Notes: generated from the letters alone by a model not told the origin. A stretch of 64,000 bases of DNA from an uncultured delta proteobacterium (GCA_963842085.1 CAWJET010000001.1:2176001-2240000), one strand, 5' to 3'; positions 49,295 to 60,998 are shown, counted from the stretch's first letter. Translations and numbers: made by a program.

Positions 49295-50200
49295 TCATCC
49301 GCGCAACGCCTCGGCACCGCCGACTATGTCCATCAACTCGCGCGTGATTTGCGCCTGGCGGGCGCGGTTCATCTCAAGCGTGAGCGACGAGATCATGTCG
49401 TTGGCATTGTTGGTCGCACTATCCATCGCGGTCATGCGCGCGCCCTGCTCGCTGGCTTCGGCCTCGAGCAGAGCGTGAAAGACGGCGGCTTCGAGATATC
49501 CGCGCAGCACGACCGGCACCAGTTCCTCGCGCGAGGGCTCGATCAGGTAGTCGATTTTGGGCGCGTCGGACTTCGAGACAGACGCGTCAACTTCGGCGCC
49601 TGGCTTGATGCCCGCGTCGCCCGGCGGCTTGATCGGCAGCAGGCGCTCGTAAAGCGGCTTCTGCACGAGGGCGGACTGGAAATGAGTATAGACGATGCCG
49701 GCTTCGTCGATGGCGCCGGAGCTGTAGTCGGCAAGCATTTTGGCGGCGATATCGCGGGCGAGCGCGATGGTGGCGAGGCGCGGAAGATTGTCGACTCGCG
49801 AGAGCGCGACCGGCACGCCGGCGCGGCGGAAATGATCGACGGCCTTTTTACCGACCGCAAACAGTTCGATGTCGAGTCCGGCGCCGCGGATTTCGCGCTG
49901 CGTCGCTTCGGCCGCGCGGAACAGGTACGAGTTGTAGCCGCCGGCCAAGCCGCGATCCGACGCGACCACCACCAGCAGTGAGCGCTTTTGCGCGCCCTCG
50001 ACCGGGCCGACCGAGATTCCCTCCGAGGTGAGCAGGGTATCAGCTACGCGCACCAGCGCCTCGCTGTAAGGCAATGCGTTGACGAGTGCTTCCTGCGCTC
50101 GACGCAGGCGCGCGGCCGAGACCAGCTTGAGCGCGCGCGTTATCTGCTGCGTTGATTTGGCCGACGCGATCCGGCGCCGGATTGCCTTGAGCGATGCCAT
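49295..50200 (-). CDS. atpG: ATP synthase F1 gamma subunit
   Basis: TQQITRALKLV, SDRGLAGGYN, ARMTAM, NRARQAQITRE. Confidence 0.97.
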   Translation of the reverse strand: MASLKAIRRRIASAKSTQQITRALKLVSAARLRRAQEALVNALPYSEALVRVADTLLTSEGISVGPVEGAQKRSLLVVVASDRGLAGGYNSYLFRAAEATQREIRGAGLDIELFAVGKKAVDHFRRAGVPVALSRVDNLPRLATIALARDIAAKMLADYSSGAIDEAGIVYTHFQSALVQKPLYERLLPIKPPGDAGIKPGAEVDASVSKSDAPKIDYLIEPSREELVPVVLRGYLEAAVFHALLEAEASEQGARMTAMDSATNNANDMISSLTLEMNRARQAQITRELMDIVGGAEALRG

Positions 50201-50218
50201 CGTCGAGCGCTATCGCGA

Positions 50219-51772
<1,554 letters not shown>

Positions 51773-51792
51773 AGTGATTCGTCTGTTCCCGC

Positions 51793-52326
51793 CTAGCCCG
51801 CGAGCCGGCGCTTTGCCTCCGCGAGGCGGGTTGCAAGGCTGCCGTCGTAGATTTTTCCGCCCAGCTCCGCCATCACGCCGCCGAGCAGCGCGGCGTCGAT
51901 TTTCACGGTCGGAATGATTTTCAATTGGGCGATCGCCTCGAGTCCGCCGACCACGCGCGCGACTTCGGCGTCGGACGGCTGAATCGCAAAGGTGAGCGTG
52001 GCTCGCTCACGGCCCATCGCCTGATCGAGCAGGTCGCGATACGACTCAGCGATGGCGCCGAGCTCGCGAATGCGCCCGTGGCGCGCGATGACAACTGCAA
52101 ACGAACGCAGCGGGAAGCTGAGATTGAGACGCTCGGCAATCTTCGCCATCGCTTCCTGCCGCGATTGCTCGGACAGCTCGGGCGACGCCAGGCGCTCGAG
52201 GAGCTCAGGCGACTCGACCATCGCGGCGAGCCGCTCGAGCTCGGCGCCCCACTTTTCCTCGGTGCCCTTGTCCGCCAGATCGAGCAGGGCGCGCGCGTAG
52301 CGCCTGGCGACTCGCGAACCTTTCAT
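51793..52326 (-). CDS. atpH: ATP synthase F1 delta subunit
   Basis: [12 protein letters not shown]...DGSL. Confidence 0.93.
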   Translation of the reverse strand: MKGSRVARRYARALLDLADKGTEEKWGAELERLAAMVESPELLERLASPELSEQSRQEAMAKIAERLNLSFPLRSFAVVIARHGRIRELGAIAESYRDLLDQAMGRERATLTFAIQPSDAEVARVVGGLEAIAQLKIIPTVKIDAALLGGVMAELGGKIYDGSLATRLAEAKRRLAG

Positions 52327-52898
52327 TGGCGGCCACCCGGGGCGAGCTTGTCCATAAAGCCGTCGATAAGCCGGCCCTGGTCGGTCGGCTGAAAGTTGCG
52401 GCCGATCAGATCGCGCGCGAGGGTCGCGGCGGATTCGGCCAACTGCGCGCGCACGCGCCGTCGCGCCGCTTCCGACAGTGCAGAACTGCTCAGTGCGGTA
52501 TCGCGATGGATTCGATCGGCGGTCGATTTCGCCAGCTCGGCGACCTTGGCGACCTGGAAAGCAGTTTCATGCTCGAGCTCGTCCGCCAGTTTCTTCAACT
52601 CCGCCGCGAGTGCAGCCATCCGCGCCGCCGCCTTATTGGCGAGCTCCTCAGCCTCGGCGAATGCTTTTTCCGCGCGGGACAGGCCGGTGCGAATCGTTGC
52701 GGCGCGATCGGCAAAAAATTTCCGCGCAACCGGACCCGCGAAATGGACCAGCAGCCAGATGAACAGGATGAAATTGATCGTAAAGAACGTCAGCAGCAGC
52801 CATGAGCCATGCTCGGCGCCGGCGCCTTCGGCGGCATGGGCGGCACGCGGAAAAAGAGCGGCAGCGAAAATCGCCGCCGATGTGATCCACTTCTTCAT
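52323..52898 (-). CDS. atpF: ATP synthase F0 subunit b
   Basis: INFILF TM followed by coiled coil; operon position. Confidence 0.88.
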   Translation of the reverse strand: MKKWITSAAIFAAALFPRAAHAAEGAGAEHGSWLLLTFFTINFILFIWLLVHFAGPVARKFFADRAATIRTGLSRAEKAFAEAEELANKAAARMAALAAELKKLADELEHETAFQVAKVAELAKSTADRIHRDTALSSSALSEAARRRVRAQLAESAATLARDLIGRNFQPTDQGRLIDGFMDKLAPGGRQ

Positions 52899-52919
52899 CT
52901 GAGGTCGAGTCAGCCGCGC

Positions 52920-53381
52920 CTAGTTGTTTTTGCCCGTCGCCGCGCCGCCGTTCAGCGGCCGGCCCAGCACGCGCTCGGCCAGCTCGGACGCAAGGCTGTG
53001 TCCCATCTGCTCGAGTTCGCGCTCAGCCGCCTTCAGTTCCGTTTCTATTTTCACCCGCGCATCCTCGAGCGCCTGCCGCGCCTCGGCCTTGGCCGCTTCC
53101 ATCATCCGAGCGGCTTCCGCTTCGGCCTTGCGGCGCTCCGTCTCGCGCCGCGCGATTGCGTCCCGCCGAACCGCGGCGAGCCGCGCCTCGCGTTCCTCGT
53201 CGACGGCGCGCGCCTGCTTGATCAATTCCTCGGTGCGATCATTCAACTCCTTGAATCTGCGCTCGCGCTCGGACAACAGGTTCAAGAAGGGGCGAAAAAA
53301 TAATCGGCTGAATATAAACCAGAAAACCAGGAACGAAACAATCAGCGCAAAGAACGTCCCCCAGTTCGGCGGGATATGCAT
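52920..53381 (-). CDS. atpF: ATP synthase F0 subunit b'
   Basis: TM plus LFFRPFLNLLSERE coiled coil, LAERVLGR. Confidence 0.88.
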   Translation of the reverse strand: MHIPPNWGTFFALIVSFLVFWFIFSRLFFRPFLNLLSERERRFKELNDRTEELIKQARAVDEEREARLAAVRRDAIARRETERRKAEAEAARMMEAAKAEARQALEDARVKIETELKAAERELEQMGHSLASELAERVLGRPLNGGAATGKNN

Positions 53382-53469
53382 TTTACGGCGTCTCCCCTGC
53401 GGGGACTTTCGGGATTCTCTCCATTATAGGAAGCCGGGAACGCGGACTTTCTGGACCGGCCAAGCCAAC

Positions 53470-54018
53470 TCAGGCCTGCTTCTGCCCTCCGGCGGCCTGC
53501 GCCACGCGCTCCTCCTTGGGGAATACGGTAACTTTGCGGTCGTCGCGGATGCCCTCGGGCTGCATCGAGCAATGTCCCTCGAACAGCGCGCCTTCCTGGA
53601 CCGCAAGCACGGGCGCCGTGATGTTGCCGCTGACCTTCGCCGACGGGCGGATTTCGATTCGCTGGGTCGCGACGATATCGCCGCTGACCTTGCCGGCGAC
53701 CGATACCGAGGCGGCGCGGATGTGCGCGGTGATCACGGCGGACTCGCCAATCGTCAGGCTGTCCTTCGCGTTGATCTCGCCATCGACCTCGCCGTCGATT
53801 CGCGCGGGGCCCTCGAACGAGATCTTGCCGGAGATTTTCGAGCCGCGATCGAGGTAGGCGCGCCCCTCGGATGCAGCGGGCTCGTTGGCTCTCGGAGCCG
53901 TCGCGGGCATCGGGGAAGAAGCCGATGCGGCGGCTGCGGGCGAGGTGGACGAGGCATGCGGCGACGTCACGGGTTGCAGTTTCGGATTCTTTTCGGGCTC
54001 TTTCGTAAACAGCGCCAT
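53470..54018 (-). CDS. Bactofilin (polymer-forming cytoskeletal protein)
   Basis: ISGKISFEG, IDGEVDGEI, GALFEGHCSM beta-helix pattern. Confidence 0.9.
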   Translation of the reverse strand: MALFTKEPEKNPKLQPVTSPHASSTSPAAAASASSPMPATAPRANEPAASEGRAYLDRGSKISGKISFEGPARIDGEVDGEINAKDSLTIGESAVITAHIRAASVSVAGKVSGDIVATQRIEIRPSAKVSGNITAPVLAVQEGALFEGHCSMQPEGIRDDRKVTVFPKEERVAQAAGGQKQA

Positions 54019-54233
54019 CGCAAAAACTCCTGGGCGCAATCGGGCAATCCCCCGCGCCGCATTCCAAGGTTCGAGCTTAGGCTTGGCTATTAACCGATGC
54101 AAACTTAGGTGTCAAATTTATCCGGCATCTCGGGGCGCGATCGGTTCTGCCGAGATCTCATCGCGACGGTTGCCTCAAGCGAGCGATCGTCTAATCTGAA
54201 ACGATACCGACACTAATCTAAGGAGCATCTCCG

Positions 54234-54638
54234 ATGGCATCGAACACGATCCCCGAGAAATTTCTCGACCTCCTGACTACCAAGAAGCCGCTCGCCAACA
54301 TCGCCACCATAATGCCCGACGGATCGCCGCAAGTGACCCCGGTCTGGTTCGACTACACCGACGGGAAAATCCGCATCAACACGGCGCGCGGACGGGTGAA
54401 GGCGAACAACATGAAGATCGGCTCGAAGGTTGCGCTGGCGATCGTCGATCCTGACAACGCTTACCGCTACATCGGAATCCGCGGACCCGTCATCAGCGAG
54501 AGCGAGACCGGCGCCGATGCGCATATCGACAGCCTCGCCAAGAAGTACCTGAACCAGGACAAGTATCCGTTCCGCACGCCGGGCGAGAAGCGCGTGACGT
54601 ACGTGATCGAGCCCGCATCCGTGCACGTTATGGGCTGA
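54234..54638 (+). CDS. PPOX class F420-dependent oxidoreductase
   Basis: ATIMPDGSPQVTPVW, RGRVKA-N, HIDSLAKKY. Confidence 0.88.
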   Translation: MASNTIPEKFLDLLTTKKPLANIATIMPDGSPQVTPVWFDYTDGKIRINTARGRVKANNMKIGSKVALAIVDPDNAYRYIGIRGPVISESETGADAHIDSLAKKYLNQDKYPFRTPGEKRVTYVIEPASVHVMG

Positions 54639-54659
54639 CAGACCGCCCTCGGCGGCGTC

Positions 54660-56480
54660 TCATATGCTCGCCTGAGTGTTGTAGAGTCGCGCATACGCAC
54701 CGCCCGACGAGACCAGCTCGGAATGCGTGCCTTCTTCAGCGATCCCATCCTCGGTAAGCACCACGATTCTGCCCGCGTGCCGCACGGTCGACAGCCGATG
54801 CGCGATCACCAGCGTCGTGCGGTTGCTCGCGAGCCGGTGCAGAGACTCCTGCACCGCCCGTTCGCTTTCATTGTCGAGCGCGCTGGTCGCTTCATCGAAT
54901 ATCAGGATGGGCGGATTTTTCAGAAAGACGCGGGCGATGCTCAGCCGCTGCTTCTGTCCGCCGGACAGCTTGACGCCGCGTTCGCCGATCTCCGTGTCGT
55001 AGCCGCTCGGCAGCGCCATGATGAAATCGTGCGCATGGGCCAGTTTCGCCGACGCGATTATTTCGTCGATGCCGGCACCACGCTTGCCGTAGCGGAGATT
55101 CTCAGCGACCGTGCCCGCGAACAGATAAACGTCCTGCTGCACGATGCCAACATTTTGACGCAACGACTGCGGCCGGATGTCCCTGACATTCCTGCCATCT
55201 ATCAGGACGTCGCCCGCGGTCGCGTCGTAGAAACGCGGGATTAGCGAACAGAGCGTAGTCTTGCCCACGCCGGAAGCTCCTACCAGTGCGACGAACTCGC
55301 CCGCGCTTATCTCCAGCGATACGTGCTTCAGCACGAAAGGCGAGTCGTCGCCGTATCGGAAGCTCACGTCGCGAAACGCGATGTCTCCCCGCACATGGGC
55401 CAGCTCCGCCGCGCCGGCCTGGTCCGGCAATTCCGGCTCCATCTGCAGCATCTCGAAGAACCGATCGAAACCGGTGCTCCCTTCCTGGTATAGCCGTGCG
55501 AAATTCACCAGCCGGCGGATCGGATCGACGAGCACGGCGACGCACATCAAAAAGGTAAGCAGGTCAGCTAGATCGAGCGCCGACCGCGCGATGCCCGCCG
55601 CGCCGAACACGATCACGGCAATCGTGATGAGCTGTGTGAATGCGGCCATCCCGCCGGAGAACCATGCCTCGCTGCGATAGCCTTCGCTCCGGCTCGCGAG
55701 AAAGCGATCGTTCTCATGGTTGAAGCGCGCGCTCTCGAACGCCTCGTTGGTGAAGGACTTAACCACCCGTATCCCCGCTAACGAATCCTCGACGCGCGCG
55801 TTGATATCTCCGATGCGGTCTTTGCTCAACCTGAGCGCGGCAATCATGCGCCGGCTGAAATGCAGCGCGAAGACGAGCATCGCGGGGATGAAGCACAGCA
55901 CGATCAGCGTGAGGCTTGGGTCGATATGCGCAAGGATGACCATCACTCCGATGAGCTCCAGCGTCGAGATCGCGAGATCTTCCGGCCCGTGATGGTAGAG
56001 CTCAGCGAGCGAAAAGAGATCGTTGGTGATCCGCGCCATGAGCTGGCCGGTGCGCTGCCGGTCGTAAAAGCTGAACGAGAGTTTCTGGTAATACTCGAAC
56101 AGCTCCCGCCGCATGTCGCGCTCCATCTTCGCGCCCATCAAGTGTCCCTGGTAATCGACGAACAACGTGCACAGGGTCTGCACGGCGACCAGCGCGAGCA
56201 TCGCGCCGCCCAACGAATAAATCCTGTGGAGCGCGCGGGGCGCGCCCTCGGTCGCGAGCAGGTTCTTGGCGACGAAATTCGCGCAGACCGGCAGCAGCAG
56301 CGCCGCCGCCGATATGACGATCGCGCAAAGAAGGTCGGCGAGGAGCAACCTTCGATACGGTTTATAGTATGAGAGGAATTTTGTTACTCGAGGGCTCGCG
56401 AATCGAGTCGCGGCCCACTCGAGCAACCTTCTTTTACCGGCGCTTGCGCGCCCTTGACAAACGGAATGTAGCGTTCGCAT
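54660..56480 (-). CDS. ABC exporter, fused permease/ATPase
   Basis: FLSYYKPY, ELYHHGPED, GASGVGKT, LSGGQKQR, DEATSALD; start uncertain. Confidence 0.92.
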   Translation of the reverse strand: MRTLHSVCQGRASAGKRRLLEWAATRFASPRVTKFLSYYKPYRRLLLADLLCAIVISAAALLLPVCANFVAKNLLATEGAPRALHRIYSLGGAMLALVAVQTLCTLFVDYQGHLMGAKMERDMRRELFEYYQKLSFSFYDRQRTGQLMARITNDLFSLAELYHHGPEDLAISTLELIGVMVILAHIDPSLTLIVLCFIPAMLVFALHFSRRMIAALRLSKDRIGDINARVEDSLAGIRVVKSFTNEAFESARFNHENDRFLASRSEGYRSEAWFSGGMAAFTQLITIAVIVFGAAGIARSALDLADLLTFLMCVAVLVDPIRRLVNFARLYQEGSTGFDRFFEMLQMEPELPDQAGAAELAHVRGDIAFRDVSFRYGDDSPFVLKHVSLEISAGEFVALVGASGVGKTTLCSLIPRFYDATAGDVLIDGRNVRDIRPQSLRQNVGIVQQDVYLFAGTVAENLRYGKRGAGIDEIIASAKLAHAHDFIMALPSGYDTEIGERGVKLSGGQKQRLSIARVFLKNPPILIFDEATSALDNESERAVQESLHRLASNRTTLVIAHRLSTVRHAGRIVVLTEDGIAEEGTHSELVSSGGAYARLYNTQASI

Positions 56481-56541
56481 AAAACTCCATGTCCTTCTGA
56501 TGGGTGAATACCGCTCTCCGGATGGACATGGACGTTGTCAT
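56434..56541 (-). other. Putative 35-aa leader peptide upstream of and overlapping the ABC gene
   Basis: Manual translation MTTSMSIRRAVFTHQKDMEFYANATFRLSRARKRR*; GGGAGA RBS. Confidence 0.45.
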
Positions 56542-56633
56542 TTCGCTTCTCCCGTGGTTGGGTTGCTCAGTCGGCAGGAACAATAACACACCAATAGCCG
56601 CGCAGCACGAGGTTCCTTTGTAAGCTGACCGAA

Positions 56634-56662
56634 TTGACTGGAGGTATATCGTACGATATAAC
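56634..56662 (+). promoter_or_regulatory. Sigma-70 promoter overlapped by a perfect 16-bp palindrome (PadR operator candidate)
   Basis: TTGACT-N17-TATAAC; TATATCGTACGATATA at 56645-56660. Confidence 0.75.
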
Positions 56663-56698
56663 TTCCAGCATGTATTACGCTGTTACGGAGGACCACTC

Positions 56699-57244
56699 AT
56701 GATGGTTTGCGGAACTCGACGCTTTCAAAGACGCGGCCATTGGGGCGAATTCGGCATGATGGGCATGCGAGCGCGATTCTTCGGCCCGGGCGAAGTTCGG
56801 CTCGCGCTCCTGTCGTTAATCGCAGACGGACCCAAACACGGCTACGAGCTGATGCGCCAACTCGAGGAACGCTCGGGCGGAATCTACAGCGCCAGCGCCG
56901 GTACGGTTTATCCCACGCTGCAGCAACTCGAAGACGAGGGCCTGATTTCCTCGGACTCGAAGGAAGGCAAACGCGTTTACGCCATCACCGACGCGGGCGC
57001 CGCCGAACTCAAGCGCGAGGACGAGACCGTGCGCCGCATCTGGTGGCGGGCGCGGCGATGGGCCGGATGGCGTCACGCGAACGATCCGGACGCGGCCGAG
57101 ATTCGCGGTCCGGCTGAGCGCCTGGTCAAGGCAGCATTCCGCGCCGTGGCGGGCGAGACGGCGTCGCAGGAGCGAATCGACAAGGTGCGCGAAATTCTCG
57201 AGCGTGCGATGCGCGACCTCGACGGCATGCGCGACAAGCCGTAG
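56699..57244 (+). CDS. PadR family transcriptional regulator
   Basis: HGYELM, SAGTVYPTLQQLEDEGLI, KRVYAITDAG. Confidence 0.92.
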   Translation: MMVCGTRRFQRRGHWGEFGMMGMRARFFGPGEVRLALLSLIADGPKHGYELMRQLEERSGGIYSASAGTVYPTLQQLEDEGLISSDSKEGKRVYAITDAGAAELKREDETVRRIWWRARRWAGWRHANDPDAAEIRGPAERLVKAAFRAVAGETASQERIDKVREILERAMRDLDGMRDKP

Positions 57245-57260
57245 CGCGAACTTCAAATGA

Positions 57261-57358
57261 TTGTCATTCAGAGCGAAGCGAAGAATCCCGGAAGCAGTGC
57301 GCAGATGAGCACCAAAACCGGGACTCTTCGCTGCGGCAGCCTTCGCTCTGAGTGACAA
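57261..57358. repeat. REP-like inverted-repeat element
   Basis: TTGTCATTCAGAGCGAAG ... CTTCGCTCTGAGTGACAA (17/18 inverted match). Confidence 0.75.
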
Positions 57359-57365
57359 TAGGTGA

Positions 57366-57563
57366 TCATCGCGCCACGGGCGGCGGCGTCTCGATCGTCT
57401 CGCCGCAGGTTGGGCCGCAATCGGGGCATACGTAGAGATATTTGTCGCCCTGCGGCAGGACGAGCAGCAGGTGCTTGCGCACCTTCACCGCGCGCTTGCA
57501 CTGCGGACACGCCAGCAGTGTGGCTTCCATCCGCTCGAACGATGGCCTGCGATTCTCTCGCAT
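57366..57563 (-). CDS. Small zinc-ribbon protein
   Basis: CPQC ... CPDC. Confidence 0.7.
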   Translation of the reverse strand: MRENRRPSFERMEATLLACPQCKRAVKVRKHLLLVLPQGDKYLYVCPDCGPTCGETIETPPPVAR

Positions 57564-57659
57564 GAGGGTCGTAGCAGAAACTTAAGTCTGGCGAGCATTT
57601 CCGGCAAGGCTTCACGTTGTGTCGATGTTGCGAGGTAGCCTAAGATTTCTTTTCGTCCG

Positions 57660-58985
57660 ATGAATGAGCGCGCTGCAATTCCGGCGCATCCGCGGGTTTA
57701 TCTCGAGACTTACGGATGCCAGATGAACGTCGCCGATTCGCAGACGGTCAGCGCCGTCTTGCGCCGCGCCGGTTACGTCAGCGCCGATCGTGTCGAGGAT
57801 GCCGACGTCGTCCTGCTCAACACTTGCGCCATTCGCGAGCATGCCGAAGAGAAGGTGCTGCACCGGCTCCGCGAGCTTGCGCGGCTCAAGCAATCGCGGC
57901 CGGAGGTGAAGCTCGGGCTGCTCGGATGCATGGCGCAACACAACCGCGTCGCGATCATGGAGAAGGCCGCGTTCCTCGACGTGGTCGCGGGGCCGGACAG
58001 TTACCGCCGCCTGCCCGAGATGATTGGCCGCGCCGGCTACGACGCCGCAATCGACGTGCGCCTCGATCGCGCCGAGACTTACGCCGACATCACTCCCGAC
58101 TATGGCGGCGGCGTGCGCGCCTACGTCACCGCGATGCGGGGATGCGACAAGTTCTGCGCGTTCTGCGTGGTGCCGTACGTGCGCGGCCGCGAGCGCTCGA
58201 TTCCTCCCGCCGACCTGATGCGCGAAATCGGCGAACTCGCCGCGCGCGGCGTGAAAGAGGTCGTGCTGCTCGGACAGACCGTCAACGCCTATCGCTCCGG
58301 CGACATCGGCTTCGGCGCGCTGCTCAGGATGATCGCGTCAATCGATGGGATCGAGCGGATTCGCTTCACGTCGCCGCATCCGAGCGACATGAGCGAGTCG
58401 GTAATCGAGGCGATGGCGACCGAGCCGAAAGTCCAGCCCTATCTGCATCTGCCGATCCAGTCGGGCGCGGACAGGATTCTGGCCGCGATGGAGCGCGGCT
58501 ACACGGTTGCGGAGTATCTCGACCTGGTCGCGCGCGTGCGCGCGGCAATTCCCGCGATTGCGCTCTCGACGGACATCATCGTCGGCTTTCACGGCGAGGA
58601 GGAGTCGGACTTCGAGGCGACAAGGGCGATCATGCGTGCAGTCGGCTACGACTCCGCCTTCATGTTCAAGTATTCGGTGCGCGAGCATACGCGCGCCTTC
58701 GGGCTGGGCGATTCCGTCGGCGAGGAAGAAAAGGGCCGCCGGCTTACGGCGCTGATCGCACTTCAGGAAGAGATGTCGCTGGCGCGCAATCGGGCGACGA
58801 TCGGCCACGAGTTCCCGGTGCTGGTCGAAGGACCGGCGCGCCGCGGCGGCGGCATGATGGCGGGCAAGACGCCGCAGTTCAAGACCGCAATTTTTGCCGG
58901 CGTAGAGGGAGTCCGCGCCGGCGATACCGTCAACCTGCGCGTCGATTCCGCTACCGGCCACTCGCTGATGTGTTCGATAGCGTGA
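57660..58985 (+). CDS. miaB: tRNA-2-methylthio-N6-dimethylallyladenosine synthase
   Basis: TYGCQMNVADS, NTCAIRE, GCDKFCAFCVVPY, RFTSPHP, TRAM-like C-terminus. Confidence 0.95.
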   Translation: MNERAAIPAHPRVYLETYGCQMNVADSQTVSAVLRRAGYVSADRVEDADVVLLNTCAIREHAEEKVLHRLRELARLKQSRPEVKLGLLGCMAQHNRVAIMEKAAFLDVVAGPDSYRRLPEMIGRAGYDAAIDVRLDRAETYADITPDYGGGVRAYVTAMRGCDKFCAFCVVPYVRGRERSIPPADLMREIGELAARGVKEVVLLGQTVNAYRSGDIGFGALLRMIASIDGIERIRFTSPHPSDMSESVIEAMATEPKVQPYLHLPIQSGADRILAAMERGYTVAEYLDLVARVRAAIPAIALSTDIIVGFHGEEESDFEATRAIMRAVGYDSAFMFKYSVREHTRAFGLGDSVGEEEKGRRLTALIALQEEMSLARNRATIGHEFPVLVEGPARRGGGMMAGKTPQFKTAIFAGVEGVRAGDTVNLRVDSATGHSLMCSIA

Positions 58986-59029
58986 CGGTCAAACGTTAAA
59001 TAGAAATTAACCTCGGAGGCAGACTCGTC

Positions 59030-59458
59030 ATGATCAAAGCCCGCGGTGTGAACCATGTTGCGCTCAGAATCAGCGATGTCGCGCGAGCATCCGAGTTTTA
59101 CGGCAAGTTGCTCGGTCTCGAGGTCGTGCCGTTTCCCAGGATGGACCGCGAGCAGGCCGCCAAATTCCGCGACGAGGTAGTATCAAGCAAGGGAGTACCC
59201 GGGCCTACCGGTGGGATTTGGTTCGCGGCGGGCCACACGCAGCTTCATCTGATTGCGAGTCCCGGACATACGGAACGCACCGGAAGCCCATTCGGACCGC
59301 ATTTCGCACTCGAGGTCGAAGATTTCGACGAGACGAAGCGAACGCTTCAGGAAGCCGGCGTCGAGTTCCTGGAGGCGCCGCCGCGGCAGGGTGCGGGGCG
59401 GCAAATCTGGATATCGGATCCTGACGGCAACACGGTGGAACTGAGAGCGGAAAAGTAA
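59030..59458 (+). CDS. VOC/glyoxalase family protein
   Basis: NHVAL, HFALEV, DPDGNTVEL. Confidence 0.88.
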   Translation: MIKARGVNHVALRISDVARASEFYGKLLGLEVVPFPRMDREQAAKFRDEVVSSKGVPGPTGGIWFAAGHTQLHLIASPGHTERTGSPFGPHFALEVEDFDETKRTLQEAGVEFLEAPPRQGAGRQIWISDPDGNTVELRAEK

Positions 59459-59624
59459 GGGCGCACCAGATTCCCGGCCCGACCGTAGCGAGCAACGCGA
59501 GCGGATGGAAGGAATCTCGGACAGCTTCGCGAAGTCCCGCATCCTTAGGTGCTGGGTGCAGGCGTGACCTCGGGGTCACCCTTGCCCACGGAAGCGTGAA
59601 ACCCAGGGCGGGTTTCAGATTCGA

Positions 59625-60071
59625 TTAAGTCTCCGGCGCGTCTGTGACCGGCGCGAGGCGTTTTACATAGATGAGTTCCGGGTCGCCCTCGTCGAGATTC
59701 TCGATGTAGCCGCTTTTAACGAAGCCTAGTCGATCGCACAGCCGCTGCATCGGCAGATTCGACTGGTTGGTCGAGGTGAAGAGCTTGCCGGTCTGACAAT
59801 CGAGCTCGGCCGCGCGCATCAGGGCGGTCGCGAGCCCGCGGCGGCGGAAGTCGGGATGCACGAGCAGCAGGCGCACGAAAAACTGATCGAAGAAACTCTC
59901 GTCGAAGATGACGAAGCCGCGGACGACGTCGTCGACGCGCGCCACTGCGATGCGGCCGTTGGCACAGGCCTCGCCTATAAGTCTGCGCCGCGACGCGCCG
60001 GCGTGGACAGTTTTGTCCAGCGCACAAATATGCTCAAAATCCCCACTGAAAGCCCGCTCGATTATCGTCAT
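59625..60071 (-). CDS. GNAT family N-acetyltransferase
   Basis: VHPDFRRRGLA, STNQSN-PMQ, LDEGDPE. Confidence 0.85.
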   Translation of the reverse strand: MTIIERAFSGDFEHICALDKTVHAGASRRRLIGEACANGRIAVARVDDVVRGFVIFDESFFDQFFVRLLLVHPDFRRRGLATALMRAAELDCQTGKLFTSTNQSNLPMQRLCDRLGFVKSGYIENLDEGDPELIYVKRLAPVTDAPET

Positions 60072-60096
60072 AAAACTCGCCAGAGGCACGAAATCC

Positions 60097-60897
60097 GTGA
60101 AGGATGAAACTTCAGTCGACCCGTTGATAGTCAGCCGCGAGGCGCCGATTGGATGGCTGGTGCTCAACCGGCCGCAAGTTCGCAACGCGCTCAATCTTAG
60201 GACCTGGCAGCGGATTGCGGAAGGCGTCGCGGACCTGGCAAGCGACGACGCGGTTCGCGTGATCGTCATGCGCGGCGGCACGCCGCAGGCGTTTATCGCG
60301 GGCGCGGATATCTCGGAGTTCCCTGCGATGCGCGCCGACGCCGCGCAGGCGCGTGCGTATCGCGACGCGCCCAACCGAGCAATCGCGGCGATGGTCGAAT
60401 GCAGCAAGCCGGTCGTCGCGATGATAGCCGGCGTATGCATCGGCGGCGGCGTGCAGGTCGCGCTCGCCTGCGACATCCGGATAGCGGCGCGGGGCACGCG
60501 CTTCGGGGTTCCTGCCGCGCGGCTGGGACTGGCGTATCCGCTGGAAGGCGTCAACATGCTGGCGCATACAGTCGGTCCGGCCAACGCGCGCGATATCCTG
60601 CTGTCGGCGCGGCTGTTCGATGCGGAAGAGGCGCTGGAGATGGGGCTCGTCAACCGCATCGTCGATCCGGAAAAGCTCGAGGAGAACGTGCGCGACTACG
60701 TGCTCAAGATGGCGAGCAATGCACCGATGACAATGGCGGCCGCCAAGCTCGCGATTCGCGAGAGCCTGAAGGATCGCGAGGAGCGCGACGCCAAGGCGGT
60801 ATCCGCGATGGTCGCGCGTTGCTTCGACAGCGAGGACTATCGCGAGGGCGTGCGCGCGTTTCTGGAAAAACGCCGACCGGAGTTCAAGGGCCGCTGA
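60097..60897 (+). CDS. Enoyl-CoA hydratase/isomerase family protein
   Basis: LNRP...NAL, AGADISEF, IGGG, EGVRAFLEKRRP; GTG start inferred. Confidence 0.88.
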   Translation: MKDETSVDPLIVSREAPIGWLVLNRPQVRNALNLRTWQRIAEGVADLASDDAVRVIVMRGGTPQAFIAGADISEFPAMRADAAQARAYRDAPNRAIAAMVECSKPVVAMIAGVCIGGGVQVALACDIRIAARGTRFGVPAARLGLAYPLEGVNMLAHTVGPANARDILLSARLFDAEEALEMGLVNRIVDPEKLEENVRDYVLKMASNAPMTMAAAKLAIRESLKDREERDAKAVSAMVARCFDSEDYREGVRAFLEKRRPEFKGR

Positions 60898-60998
60898 GGC
60901 AAGATCAGCGAATTTCCAAATGAAAAAGTCTTCTCCGAGCGAGAAACAGTCGTGCTTGCTTGTAACAATCATGCCTGTATGTTTACCTGATAAAAATA

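Noticed and set aside
57716-58999. 427-aa alternate-frame ORF
   Set aside because: Shadow of miaB
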